64,000 bases of DNA from an uncultured Nitrososphaerota archaeon (GCA_963824385.1 CAWGPD010000004.1:128001-192000), one strand, 5' to 3'; shown: positions 20,194-30,232, counted from the first letter of the stretch. Translations and numbers: made by a program. Notes: a model not told the origin generated them from the sequence alone.

Positions 20194-20835
20194 CTATAAT
20201 CCGTCAAATTCATAAGATGATGGAATTGATGGAGGCACATTACCAGATACTATAACAATCTCATCATGAGCATCTAGTTGGATTTTGTCAAAACTATCTT
20301 TTACTTCAGTTCCATTTACAAAGACTTTGAGATTTGTGTCACCATTTGTGGCTTCTTCAAAACTTGGAGATATGCCAGGCGTATTATCCCAGACCTCCAT
20401 GAATTGTGCTAGTGTAAATGTTATTTCGCGTGGAGCCTCTATGTGTATCACACCTGATGTGTTATGAGTATGCAGCCAATAGAAACATACGTTTGGTTTT
20501 ATCCCTATTCCTGCTGGAACTGTAACAGATTTTTCATTAACTATAACATCAAGATGTGCATGAATATGAAATATCAAAGCCTCTACAGGCTCACATTCAA
20601 CCCCTTGTATTGGATTTCTAGGAGAGGATTGATTCTCAGAAAAATATACGCCTGCTACAAGGGCTATTGCAATAGCAGCTGCAATTCCAGTTGCCTTGTA
20701 CCTAGAAGATTGGGATACTGTTCGCCTAACCTTTGCGGGTTTATTCTTGTGAGAGTCTAGCTTGTGTTGATTTAATTTATCAGAAGTTTCAAATGCCTTG
20801 CCGCAGATATCGCATTTTTTTTCAGGGTTGGCCAA
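20194..20835 (-). CDS. membrane-anchored protein with N-terminal C2H2 finger and extracellular His-rich domain
   Basis: CDICGKAF...LNQHKLDSH; TM helix; HIHAHL...LHTH...GVIHIE. Confidence 0.75.
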   Translation of the reverse strand: MANPEKKCDICGKAFETSDKLNQHKLDSHKNKPAKVRRTVSQSSRYKATGIAAAIAIALVAGVYFSENQSSPRNPIQGVECEPVEALIFHIHAHLDVIVNEKSVTVPAGIGIKPNVCFYWLHTHNTSGVIHIEAPREITFTLAQFMEVWDNTPGISPSFEEATNGDTNLKVFVNGTEVKDSFDKIQLDAHDEIVIVSGNVPPSIPSSYEFDGL

Positions 20836-20954
20836 TGCGAAGAGTCTTAGATCTGGATATAAATTCGGTGTGGTCTTAATTTAAGAAACTCGTATTCTGA
20901 TCGTTTCCAAGTGTGACAACATTTTAAACCACCTTGTAAAACCCATAACCACAT

Positions 20955-21029
20955 GCCAACGTAGCTCAGCCTGGCTAGAGCATCTGACTTGTAATCAGAA
21001 GGTCGAGGGTCCAAATCCCTTCGTTGGCT
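20955..21029 (+). tRNA. tRNA-Thr(TGT)
   Basis: GCCAACG/CGTTGGC acceptor stem; anticodon arm TCTGA-CTTGTAA-TCAGA. Confidence 0.95.
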
Positions 21030-21142
21030 TTTAAAATATCTCAAATTTCCACATATCACACCTGCTACAAATATAGCAGTGTAGCTGTCTAAAACAGATA
21101 GTTTCTATCCCATACAACAATGCAAATTATAGAAATTAAATC

Positions 21143-21237
21143 GGTAGCAATACACGAGAATTACAGAGTAATCCTCAGACCACTCATCCACCGATCCGGC
21201 ATAGGCGCGTCAGTGTATCATCTCAGTGGTTGCTACC
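21143..21237 (-). ncRNA. candidate structured non-coding RNA (multi-stem)
   Basis: 48/95 G+C in AT-rich intergenic DNA; minus-strand stems GGTAGCAA/TTGCTACC, CCACT/AGTGG, CACTGA/TCGGTG, GAGGATTAC/GTAATTCTC; no ORF. Confidence 0.45.
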
Positions 21238-21351
21238 TGGAATTAATACAACTTCATAAAATAAAAAGATGATCTCAGATGGTTCTGTCAAGTCTGCATC
21301 GGATTTTCCGATACGATTCAACCTATATAGTTTGATGACGTATAGTATTAA

Positions 21352-21555
21352 ATGAAGAAGAATGTCTCTGATGCAGAATTTGTAAACGAATCAGTGGAAT
21401 TTTTCAACGAGCGAATTGATCAAATAATTGCTCAACTTCATGAATCTGCTCTAACAGCGCAGCAAAAAACCACACTAGAAAGTGAGAAACAAGTAATCAT
21501 AGAACGAAGAAACTATTGGAAGACTGAGCAGACTAGATTACAATTATGCGATTAA
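21352..21555 (+). CDS. small helical hypothetical protein
   Basis: 67-aa ATG ORF preceded by a TATA-like CCTATATAG. Confidence 0.6.
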   Translation: MKKNVSDAEFVNESVEFFNERIDQIIAQLHESALTAQQKTTLESEKQVIIERRNYWKTEQTRLQLCD

Positions 21556-21600
21556 ATCTCTCGTTTGTTTTTTCATTTTATGTGCCTAGTCTGTGAAGAA

Positions 21601-22146
21601 TCAGGGACGTATCAAAGAAATATCAACTCTGTTTAGGATAAAGACTAGAAATTCAGATAATGATTTTTTTAACCAATGTTTTTTGTTCCATTCCAAAACT
21701 AGGTCATGATAAAATTTCCATTCATCTTCGTCTTTTTTTAGATGCAATACCATCATTTTTTCAAATTCTCGCGTATCCCAGTCAACTGGGCATAACTTGT
21801 CACTCATCTGAACTAGTTTACCATCTTGCATCTGAAACGGATATGATTTACATACGCCAGGTTTGAAATCATTTACTGTACAACGAAAGAATTCTCCTGA
21901 TTCTACAAGAAATGTGCATGCGTTGCTTTTTTGTTTTAATGCAAGATCAATTAATCCCTCTTTTACCTTTATGCCAAGATCAAAGTCCTTTGCACCATAA
22001 ATCTCAAGAAAGGTCTCAGGCTCAACACCCAGTCCGTGTACAAGCCGGTAGACATCATGCGCGTTAACAAATATAGTATATTCTTTGCAGCAATTAGTAT
22101 GACAGGAAATACAAGGATAAACTGCAACATCTCCAGAATTAGTCAG
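21601..22146 (-). CDS. YkgJ/CxxCxxCC family Zn/Fe-chelating protein (5' end uncertain)
   Basis: In-frame extension of the 76-aa ORF gives YPCISCHTNCCKEY...ACTFL...RCTVNDFKPGVCKSYPF...LCP; start probably disrupted. Confidence 0.8.
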   Translation of the reverse strand: MTNSGDVAVYPCISCHTNCCKEYTIFVNAHDVYRLVHGLGVEPETFLEIYGAKDFDLGIKVKEGLIDLALKQKSNACTFLVESGEFFRCTVNDFKPGVCKSYPFQMQDGKLVQMSDKLCPVDWDTREFEKMMVLHLKKDEDEWKFYHDLVLEWNKKHWLKKSLSEFLVFILNRVDISLIRP

Positions 22147-22285
22147 GTTTTACTTTGTTTTCTTGCGTGCTTTATGCGTATGTCTTTTTCAAGTTTTAAT
22201 TTGGATACAAATTACATCCATGATAAAAAATGCTTTTTTAGAAATAATTGACAAAAGTTAAGTAACGTAAAACAGACAAAAAAGT

Positions 22286-22528
22286 GTGGAAAAGGGATTT
22301 GTTTTAATCAACTGCGAACTTGGAGCAGAAGATTACATAATTGAAGAACTCAAACTAATACCACAGGTAAAAAACGCAAATGTCACATTTGGAGCCTATG
22401 ATGTAGTAGCAGAAGTTCAGGCAAATAATTCCCAAGAATTTGATCAGACAGTATCTCAAAAGATACGAACCTTATCCCAAGTGGTAAGTACAATGACCCT
22501 AAAGGCTACAACCCAAGAATCAAAGTAA
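22286..22528 (+). CDS. stand-alone Lrp/AsnC ligand-binding domain protein
   Basis: GFVLINCELG, TFGAYDVVAEV, KIR.L..V.STMTL. Confidence 0.87.
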   Translation: MEKGFVLINCELGAEDYIIEELKLIPQVKNANVTFGAYDVVAEVQANNSQEFDQTVSQKIRTLSQVVSTMTLKATTQESK

Positions 22529-22658
22529 ACAGTTTCTTTGTAGAAGTACAATTTAGAAAATAATAGTAAAAAGTTGTCAAACATAGCTTGTTCAATTTGG
22601 CGCTCCACAAATTCAAGTGTGTTTTGGTTTACAATACAAAGTAATGTCAAATTCATTC

Positions 22659-23141
22659 ATGACTGCAATTGATGCCATAGATCGTAGAATTATAGAACTA
22701 CTCATGGAAAATGCAAGAACCCCATCACGGCAGATTGCAAAAAAACTCAGAGAGGAAGGTCATGACATTCAAGACCGAGCAGTTTCATATAGAATAGAAC
22801 GGCTTGAAAAAAGGAAGATAATAACAGGATACGAGGCCATACTTCATAAATTACTAGTTGACGATTTTGAGGCGCTATATTTGAAATTTAAGACAAACAA
22901 ACCATCAGATGTCTTGTCAGAAGAGATCTGCAATTTTGTCAAGGAACTGCCAAACTGTCTACTAACTGCTTCAGTCACTGGAAACTGGAATCTACTAATA
23001 TTGACTGCAAAAGACGAGGTGGGCAAAAAATGTGAGCGACAAATAATTGAAAAGTTTTGTGAACACATAGAGGATTACAGAGTTGGCAATTTGAAATTTC
23101 AATCAATTAACAAATTTAACATGCAATCAGTGATGATATGA
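22659..23141 (+). CDS. Lrp/AsnC family transcriptional regulator
   Basis: IDAIDRRIIELLMENART..RQIA...V.YRIERLE...II.GY; VTGNWN. Confidence 0.88.
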   Translation: MTAIDAIDRRIIELLMENARTPSRQIAKKLREEGHDIQDRAVSYRIERLEKRKIITGYEAILHKLLVDDFEALYLKFKTNKPSDVLSEEICNFVKELPNCLLTASVTGNWNLLILTAKDEVGKKCERQIIEKFCEHIEDYRVGNLKFQSINKFNMQSVMI

Positions 23142-23677
23142 AAATTCCAGTAGATGAAAACACTAACAATGGAATCACCGCCATAGTAATAGATGATGAT
23201 GCTGACACGGTTGCTTTTCTTTGTGAACTTTTGAAGATGAAGGGCATCAATGTCATTGGCAAAGGATATGATGGGATGGAGGCAGTCAAGCTATTCATGA
23301 AACTCAGACCAACCATAGTATTTCTGGATGTAACAATGAAAGATCATGACGGGTTTTTCTCATTAGAAAAAATAAGAAAGATCGAACCAGACGCCATTGT
23401 CATATTGATAACAGGAGACTTGTCAGAAGATACCCAGAAAAGATTGATTGAACTTGATGCATCGTCTATAATCTACAAGCCTTATGACATAAATGAAGTG
23501 ATTCGTCAGACAAATGGATTGATTATCAAACTAAAACAAGAGTTGATGCAAGATATTGCAATTAAGAAAGCTCGCCTAGAAAAGCTAAATGTAATACTTG
23601 GGAATCGACTGCGTGAATCAGATATTGATACAATTCGCAGGGCGCAGTATTTTGATGATAAAGAGAAGCTAGTCTAA
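23138..23677 (+). CDS. response regulator receiver protein with C-terminal helical extension
   Basis: IVIDDD, FLDVTM..HDG, ITG, IYKPY motifs. Confidence 0.88.
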   Translation: MKIPVDENTNNGITAIVIDDDADTVAFLCELLKMKGINVIGKGYDGMEAVKLFMKLRPTIVFLDVTMKDHDGFFSLEKIRKIEPDAIVILITGDLSEDTQKRLIELDASSIIYKPYDINEVIRQTNGLIIKLKQELMQDIAIKKARLEKLNVILGNRLRESDIDTIRRAQYFDDKEKLV

Positions 23678-23682
23678 ATCAA

Positions 23683-24744
23683 TTAAGCGGTATTCTCTAT
23701 TTTTTTGTATTTGTAGACTGTAATTGAGACAAGCCATGAGATCACAAAGATTGCAATTATTCCATATCCCAAAGTCTCAAAATCAAGATTGTTAAGCCAA
23801 TTCCAAAATGCCCCAGTGAATTTGAGTTCACCAGAAAGTACCTGCAATATCTCTACACTGCCTATTACAAAAGCAACTAGTATTGAGATTATTGTTATTG
23901 TCAGGTTGTAGTATATTTTTCGAATAGGCTTGTGAAATGCCCATCCATATGCCATTCGCATTGTAATCGAGTCCGTTGTATCAACTAGTACCATACCACA
24001 TGTGAACATAAACGGCAGAACAAGAATCATCCATATTGGAATAGAAGAGGTTACACCTATTCCAACACTAATGGCAATAAGGGCAACTTCACTTGCCGTG
24101 TCAAAGCCAAGACCAAATAGCACCCCAATAGGATAGATTTGCCAAGGTTTTCGAACAATTTTAAAAAGTGGAGTAAAGTATCTATTAAGAAATCCACGCT
24201 TGTTTAATTTCTCCTCAAGTTGTGCTGGATCAAGTTTGCCAGCCTTGAGTTCTTTGTAAATCTTGTATATGCCAAAGACAATTACTACATTAATCAGTCC
24301 AACAATCCACAGAAATGTACCTGAGACACTAGTCCCAATTATCTCTCCAACATTTTGGAGATTTGGAATAGAGCTTGCAATGACGCGAGTTGAAATGACC
24401 AAGGCAATAATCATAAGGATGACTATTGTAGAATGACCAAGTGAAAACCATGTGCCAACTGTAAGTGGTTTTTTTCCTTCTTGCATTAGTTTTCTTGTGG
24501 TATTATCAATAGCTGCAATGTGATCAGCATCTACACCATGTCTCAATCCAAAGACATATGCTACAATTCCAAGACCTGCCAAGGGAATTGATATGCTACC
24601 AATTATAGCAGATGCGGCAAATCCAAATAGCGTAGCAGCTATTATGGACACGTAAATAATAACAATCTTTGTTTTCTCACCAGCTGAGAGCCCCAATAAG
24701 GACACTCTGGGTTTCAGATTATCAGAATTATTATCATAAGACAT
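23683..24744 (-). CDS. NiCoT (HoxN/NixA) high-affinity Ni/Co transporter
   Basis: Signature GLRHGVDADHIAAIDNTTR, FSLGHS, LFGLGFDTASE, GM.LVDTTD. Confidence 0.95.
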   Translation of the reverse strand: MSYDNNSDNLKPRVSLLGLSAGEKTKIVIIYVSIIAATLFGFAASAIIGSISIPLAGLGIVAYVFGLRHGVDADHIAAIDNTTRKLMQEGKKPLTVGTWFSLGHSTIVILMIIALVISTRVIASSIPNLQNVGEIIGTSVSGTFLWIVGLINVVIVFGIYKIYKELKAGKLDPAQLEEKLNKRGFLNRYFTPLFKIVRKPWQIYPIGVLFGLGFDTASEVALIAISVGIGVTSSIPIWMILVLPFMFTCGMVLVDTTDSITMRMAYGWAFHKPIRKIYYNLTITIISILVAFVIGSVEILQVLSGELKFTGAFWNWLNNLDFETLGYGIIAIFVISWLVSITVYKYKKIENTA

Positions 24745-24806
24745 CTATGACTTGTCCCTAATAGTAGAATTTAAAATCATTTAATGTTTTGAACACAAAC
24801 TTGTCT

Positions 24807-25604
24807 TTATTTTAGAATTTTTTCACTTTCAGGATGTCTGCCTTTTCTTGCACGTGCATATGTGAATGTACAAACTAGCACTCCTACTGCCAAGACAGGT
24901 CCAGTATATTCTGGAACTATAGTAGAATTAGTTATACTTTCATACATTGCAGAGCCTGCTATTATTAATGCAGTTGAGCTTAATGCATATGATAGATATC
25001 TAAAACCTGTAGTGCCCAATGTTTTGATAAATGCGGCCCTAAACAATACACTGTCCAGAGTGTCCATTGCCACCATACCGACACCAAACACTGCCATCAT
25101 TCCAAGTGCAGTTGTTATTCCTGCAGCGACTGATGTAGCAGCAGCCATGCCGATAGCAGCAAGCTGCGTTGCAGTATCAAATCCCAAACCAAAGACAATG
25201 CCAACAATGAAAGATGAACCCATTGTACCCATGAATTTAGTACGTGGAAGAATCTTGCCTACCAATATGGTAGCAGAAGTTTTGCCATATTTTTTCATGG
25301 CATAAAAGTTAACTAGGCCGATAAATCCTAATGCCGCGGCTCCGAGTATTCCGGTAGACAAGGAAAATACACCGCCTCGGTCTATTACACTTGCGGCAAC
25401 AAATATCATGAGAATCATTTCTGCAAGAACTGCCACCATATGACCTGTGCTAAATCCAGTCCCTACCCATCTTGCTCTTTTTGATGCATTATTGAATCGA
25501 ATGAGGTTGTCTATTGCAGTGATGTGATCCACATCAAGCGCATGACGCAGTCCCATCGCAATCAAGGTTAAACCGCCTACTATCCATACCCAGTCATATG
25601 TCAT
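24807..25604 (-). CDS. second, shorter NiCoT-family transporter
   Basis: GLRHALDVDHITAIDN, FSTGH, FGLGFDTATQ, GMVAMDTLD. Confidence 0.88.
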   Translation of the reverse strand: MTYDWVWIVGGLTLIAMGLRHALDVDHITAIDNLIRFNNASKRARWVGTGFSTGHMVAVLAEMILMIFVAASVIDRGGVFSLSTGILGAAALGFIGLVNFYAMKKYGKTSATILVGKILPRTKFMGTMGSSFIVGIVFGLGFDTATQLAAIGMAAATSVAAGITTALGMMAVFGVGMVAMDTLDSVLFRAAFIKTLGTTGFRYLSYALSSTALIIAGSAMYESITNSTIVPEYTGPVLAVGVLVCTFTYARARKGRHPESEKILK

Positions 25605-25687
25605 ACTATGTCTTTCTCCTCTGATCTGTCTTGACTGAAATCATTGAAATTCACGTATTAAATTCCAATAGCATATCATTTAAATTA

Positions 25688-25721
25688 TTGGACGGTTTAT
25701 CCAACTCAAAATTAATTTGAG
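25688..25721. promoter_or_regulatory. two abutting inverted repeats in a divergent promoter (TTGGA-N7-TCCAA; CTCAAA-N5-TTTGAG)
   Basis: Read directly; between the NiCoT pair and the divergent HTH gene. Confidence 0.45.
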
Positions 25722-25761
25722 ATCTACATAAATACAGTTCAAACTTTTTGTATTACACAAG

Positions 25762-26401
25762 ATGCACCATAGTGATTCGACTACTATCCAAAGTTACAGA
25801 CAGGTATGCACCAAGCAGGATTCTAAGCTTTGACATGGCGCATGTCTTTAAAACCATGCAGATGATGGAAACAGGAAAAATGAGTAGAAGTAAACTTGTT
25901 CAAGAGATGGGACTTGGGGAAGGCTCTATCAAGACACTGGTAAAACATCTAAAGATGAATGGTTTGATAGAAAACTCCAATGCTGGAATGTGGCTAACAG
26001 GCAAAGGAAGAACATGTACATGAAACTATGTGCAGTCATACCTTCAGAGACAGACATTCCAAAATGCTCTATCGTATTAGGCAGATTCAATCATGCCATA
26101 CTGATTAGGGGTTTTGCATACAGTGTAAGAACAGGAATTGAACAGAGAGATATTGCAATTAAGAATGGAGTCCATAGGTGCAACTACCTTGACATTCAGA
26201 GACCGCAAGTTGACAATGCCAAACAAGAGTCAAGATGCTTTAAGAAAAGAACCAAAAATATACAATCTTATAATGTCACATTTGAAGCCAGAAGATGAGG
26301 ATGTCATCATAATAACCAGTGCAGATGATAAAAAAACAGCAGAAATGTCTGCCAAAAGTACTGCGTTACAAATCATTTCAGAGCATGAGAAACATTTTTG
26401 A
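25762..26401 (+). CDS. HTH regulator of DUF2111/DUF4443 type (split by about 2 indels)
   Basis: wHTH SRSKLVQEMGLGEGSIKTLVKHLK..GLI; C-domain GIEQRDIAIK-MESIGATTL...LKPEDEDVIIITSAD across three frames. Confidence 0.75.
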
Positions 26402-26433
26402 TTCAAGATAGTTTACACGAAATATTTTACGCC

Positions 26434-27251
26434 CTACACTAGGTTTACAAGCCAGCCAAGCGCAAACCCGATAAAAATTCCCATATAGATAGCTCGCTGG
26501 GTTAATACGTGTAGTAGAGTATGGTGTTTTTCTTTTGAGCCATGCGGTATTTCAGCAATAATCTGTGCTGGTTCCTCACGCGGTTCTCTGAAAAGTATTC
26601 TAAACATTGGAAGTATTACATATAGTATAGTACCTATTGCTATGCCATTGAACAGTACATCAAGGACATTTGAATTGTAAACATATCCAATGCCACCACC
26701 AAGTATTGTTGGAATACTTCCTATTAGGAACATCAAACACAATATGCGCACTTTCTTGTCCAATTTGCCTGCCATCGGGGCAGCAATTGGAAAGCCTTCT
26801 GTTAAATTCTGAATTGAGAAACCTGCTAGTATTACAAACGTCTCACCCACAAGTCCATACTTTACACTTGCAGCTCCGAAGACTAATCCTTCAGTCAAAT
26901 TCTGGAATCCCATGGCAATGGCAATTATCAGAGCCAGTTTGATAGGCGATAACCCGTGCTTTGATCTGTGTTCCAAGAAATACAAGACAAGAAATCCACC
27001 AGTACAGATGCGCCAAATACACCATCAAAAAATGGCGATGTGCCATATCCTTGCAAGGAACCATCACTTAACATCGGAGCGACATCAGAATAGATGTCTG
27101 CCATCAGAAAGACAAGAATGCCAACCGCTACAGAGTTGAAAAATACGATTTTTCTATTACCCAGTTTTTTGCGGAGAACAAGTGGTAGAGAAAGAAATGT
27201 AGAGAGACCCATGACCGCACTGAGTATCAGTGTCGTTGTAAAGTCAACCAA
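26434..27251 (-). CDS. ZIP family divalent metal transporter (frameshift near 27000)
   Basis: AVGILVFLMADI; AMGFQNLTEGLVFG; IQNLTEGFPI; multiple TM helices. Confidence 0.85.
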
Positions 27252-27332
27252 TTTTTTTACCCCCTAATGAGATCCATAAAAAAAGAGCCCGTTACAGAAC
27301 ATGATGACACAATTATCAATTTGCGTGCACAT

Positions 27333-27346
27333 TTAGGTCAAGCTAA
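27333..27346. promoter_or_regulatory. TTAG-N6-CTAA palindrome upstream of the ZIP gene (candidate metalloregulator site)
   Basis: TTAGGTCAAGCTAA just downstream of a minus-strand TTAAAA box at 27355-27360. Confidence 0.4.
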
Positions 27347-27455
27347 TAACAGCATTTTAACTGTATGATAGAAACAATTCGTAAAAACAAATGTTAATTC
27401 TAACAATTTGGAATATTGTTATTAAGTGAAAATAGACCCTTACACCAGGACAAAC

Positions 27456-27995
27456 TTAGAATTTAAAACGAATCTTGGATAATCCGATTATGGAAATGAC
27501 TGCAATTACTAACATGATAGATGCTAAGGATCCAAATTCTGGAACCATGTACGTACCTTTAATTTCAATTGTATTACTTCCAGCATTCAATGGTATGGTC
27601 AGTGTTCTATTATCAGGAGTATCAACGGATTTATACGAAGTTCCATGGTTTTTGTTCATTACCACAAAATGAGATTCGTTGCTTGATTCATGTAGATATC
27701 CAGGTTCTAGAGACGCATTTTCATATGCATCAATAAGTCGGTTTGGCAAAGTTATTGTCAGGCTTCCTCCATTTAGAGATTGTACGCTAACATCTATTGT
27801 TTTTGCATCAGTATCGGCTTGAATCAAAGTAACAGTTCCCCCTGTAGCACCATATGGAATTGCAAAACTTGTGCCATTTACTATCATTACATTTTGAGGA
27901 GGCGTAAGAGTAGATATTTCGCCATATGCACAAAGTTGAGATTGTCCAATGATAGATGCCATTATCAATATTAAAACCAAGAATGTGATCTTCAC
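27456..27995 (-). CDS. PEFG-CTERM surface protein
   Basis: Signal peptide; RTLTIP...IEIKGT.MVPEFG + TM + basic tail. Confidence 0.88.
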   Translation of the reverse strand: MKITFLVLILIMASIIGQSQLCAYGEISTLTPPQNVMIVNGTSFAIPYGATGGTVTLIQADTDAKTIDVSVQSLNGGSLTITLPNRLIDAYENASLEPGYLHESSNESHFVVMNKNHGTSYKSVDTPDNRTLTIPLNAGSNTIEIKGTYMVPEFGSLASIMLVIAVISIIGLSKIRFKF

Positions 27996-28085
27996 GACAA
28001 ATGCTGGAAATTTTCTCTCATAAAAACTAAATGCATTTTAATTTATTTTTTTGTAAAAAAATTAGAAAAATAATTTTAATGATAT

Positions 28086-28615
28086 CTAGTCTAACGTGTG
28101 AAGTAAATCCTTTGTTCCTCTGGTTATCTTTTCCTTTGGTTTTTCGTCTTCATGACCTATTGGAATTATAGTTACTGGCCTCTGACCTTGTGGAAGATGC
28201 AATATTTCTGAGACTTTTTTTTTCATCAAATGCACCAATCCATACAGTAGATAATCCAAGTGCGTGAACTGTTAGTTGAGCATATGCAGCCGCAATAGTA
28301 GTATCTTGTACAGAGAAGAACTGGGATCTCTTCTCCGAATAGTTCAACAGAGCGAGATGGATTGGCACAAAAAACAAGTAATAACGGGGCTTGAGCAATT
28401 AGAGTCTGGTCTTTAGCAGCTAAAACAAGTCTTTCTTTGATTTCCTTGTTTTTTATATGATATATCTCAAATGTCTGTAATCCACCAGAAGATGGAGCCA
28501 GGTTACATGCTTGTAATATTTTGGACAGTTTAGATTCATCAATTGCATCATCTTTAAACGCCCTAATTGAGCGTCTTGTGGTCAGAAAATCAAGAAATAC
28601 ATTCTCATCCAACAC
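28086..28615 (-). CDS. nitroreductase family protein (frameshifted)
   Basis: RRSIRAF, APSSGGLQ; QDTTIAAAYAQL..HALGLSTVWIGAFDE in another frame. Confidence 0.85.
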
Positions 28616-28737
28616 AACTCGCCCGATGCATCAAGACCAGGACCAATAGTTCAATGGGATTTGTTATAATGGCGTCGAAAAATATCAAACTTGAGAATCA
28701 TCATACAAGATACTTTTTTCACATTAATTCCAAACTG

Positions 28738-29670
28738 TTATTTTTTGCCCAGGATATACAATTCAGTCAAAATTCCACCAACAAATCTATTATGTTTATT
28801 TTTGGCAATCTGTTGATTTGCAAGATTTGAGATCTCACTTGTCAAGTCATCATCTCCAGATAACATCAGTTTCAAGGTATTGTAATGAGTCAAAACAGCA
28901 GAATCATTTTCTCCAGAGGTAATCTTTGCTACAAGTTTTTTTACAGCATCAATTCTAATTTTGGAGGACATTTTTGGAAAACAGTATCGTAGTACATCTT
29001 CTACAATTTTTCGATGTTCATGCCCAACTGTTATGTTGAGCCTAAATTTTGGAATACCAGACATGTCTTTGATTAAATCCGAAAAAGGAGATTCCGAATC
29101 AGCACAATATTTTCCCACAAGGGTAACAAACTGTGACTTTGTAATATCATCGAGTGGATAAGAAGACTCTAGGCTCTTGCTTGCCTCAATTGTAAACTCT
29201 GTTACAAGAAAGAGAAGTTCCAAAGGGTCATTGATTGCACGTTTACTGTATAGTACTGGATGGCTGACAAACATTTGATTTATCCTGGCAAGTATTTGGG
29301 CAAAGACCAGACTTTTTTGTGCTCCATCTTTTAACTTGCGAGCAAGTTTGAAGCAGACTACCATGAAAAGAACATACTCTTTGATGGCTACATTTAATGG
29401 AAGAGCAAATGCCTCAAATTCATTTGTAAATCGCTCAAGAACTTTGAGTATTCTTTCTTGCTTGTCCATTCTGCGCAGATCAAGTCTGCCTTCTGAGCGC
29501 GTAGAACTATCAGTGATCTCTCCTGCCATCAAAATTCCCTTATCTTTGACATTTAAAAAAATTGGACTGCCCTGTTTTAGTACACTTAGAATGTACTCTA
29601 ATTGTCCTATCCCAGATCTCTTGCGATTGATGACAAGTTCTTCGATTGATTGTATCAGATCTTCAGACAA
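28738..29670 (-). CDS. hypothetical alpha-helical protein
   Basis: 310-aa ORF with no recognised family motif. Confidence 0.7.
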   Translation of the reverse strand: MSEDLIQSIEELVINRKRSGIGQLEYILSVLKQGSPIFLNVKDKGILMAGEITDSSTRSEGRLDLRRMDKQERILKVLERFTNEFEAFALPLNVAIKEYVLFMVVCFKLARKLKDGAQKSLVFAQILARINQMFVSHPVLYSKRAINDPLELLFLVTEFTIEASKSLESSYPLDDITKSQFVTLVGKYCADSESPFSDLIKDMSGIPKFRLNITVGHEHRKIVEDVLRYCFPKMSSKIRIDAVKKLVAKITSGENDSAVLTHYNTLKLMLSGDDDLTSEISNLANQQIAKNKHNRFVGGILTELYILGKK

Positions 29671-29860
29671 TGCATTTAGGATAAATTATCCAATAGATAA
29701 ACTGACAAGATATTTTTTGCACTACTTTTACTGCGTCAAATACATATAAAAAATTATTCGGCCAATCTGAAATGATTTGAAATTAAGACAAGATGGTTTG
29801 ATTATCACTGGAATAAATAAGTCTAGAAAACTTATCTTGAAGAACAGTCATAAATTTAGC

Positions 29861-30229
29861 ATGTCGTCTTATGTTGTAGAGAGAAACTTGGGCAAATACA
29901 TTTTCTTTATGGATGTTTCACCCACATGGTGGCTAAATCATAGGTCAAGTGATGAAAAAATAATAAAATATGTAATAGACAAGTTTGGTCGAGACTATTA
30001 TCCTAGGACTATATTGTTATCAAGAAAAGAAGTAGGTCTTGATGATCTTGGCAACTCTCTTAGTAGATACATCAGGTCAGAGATTAGAAATGCAGATTTT
30101 TCATTCGAGTTTTTACCTGAAGAAGAGATATACAAATCACACTATACCATAAGAAATGGAAACATAATCTTTGAAAACAACCTAAGAAGACAAAATGCAA
30201 GGCTGAAAATATCTGTCAGAACACACTAG
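29861..30229 (+). CDS. hypothetical protein
   Basis: Open ORF divergent from the previous gene; start uncertain. Confidence 0.6.
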   Translation: MSSYVVERNLGKYIFFMDVSPTWWLNHRSSDEKIIKYVIDKFGRDYYPRTILLSRKEVGLDDLGNSLSRYIRSEIRNADFSFEFLPEEEIYKSHYTIRNGNIIFENNLRRQNARLKISVRTH

Positions 30230-30232
30230 ATT

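Noticed and set aside
20847..21059. 70-aa minus-strand ORF
   Set aside because: Shadow translation of tRNA-Thr
21160..21180. CTGAGGA (CUGANGA) hammerhead core on the minus strand
   Set aside because: The following stem is not followed by the required GAAA
23138..23677. Response regulator as cognate of the histidine kinase at 51878
   Set aside because: The genes are 28 kb apart and there is no sequence evidence of pairing
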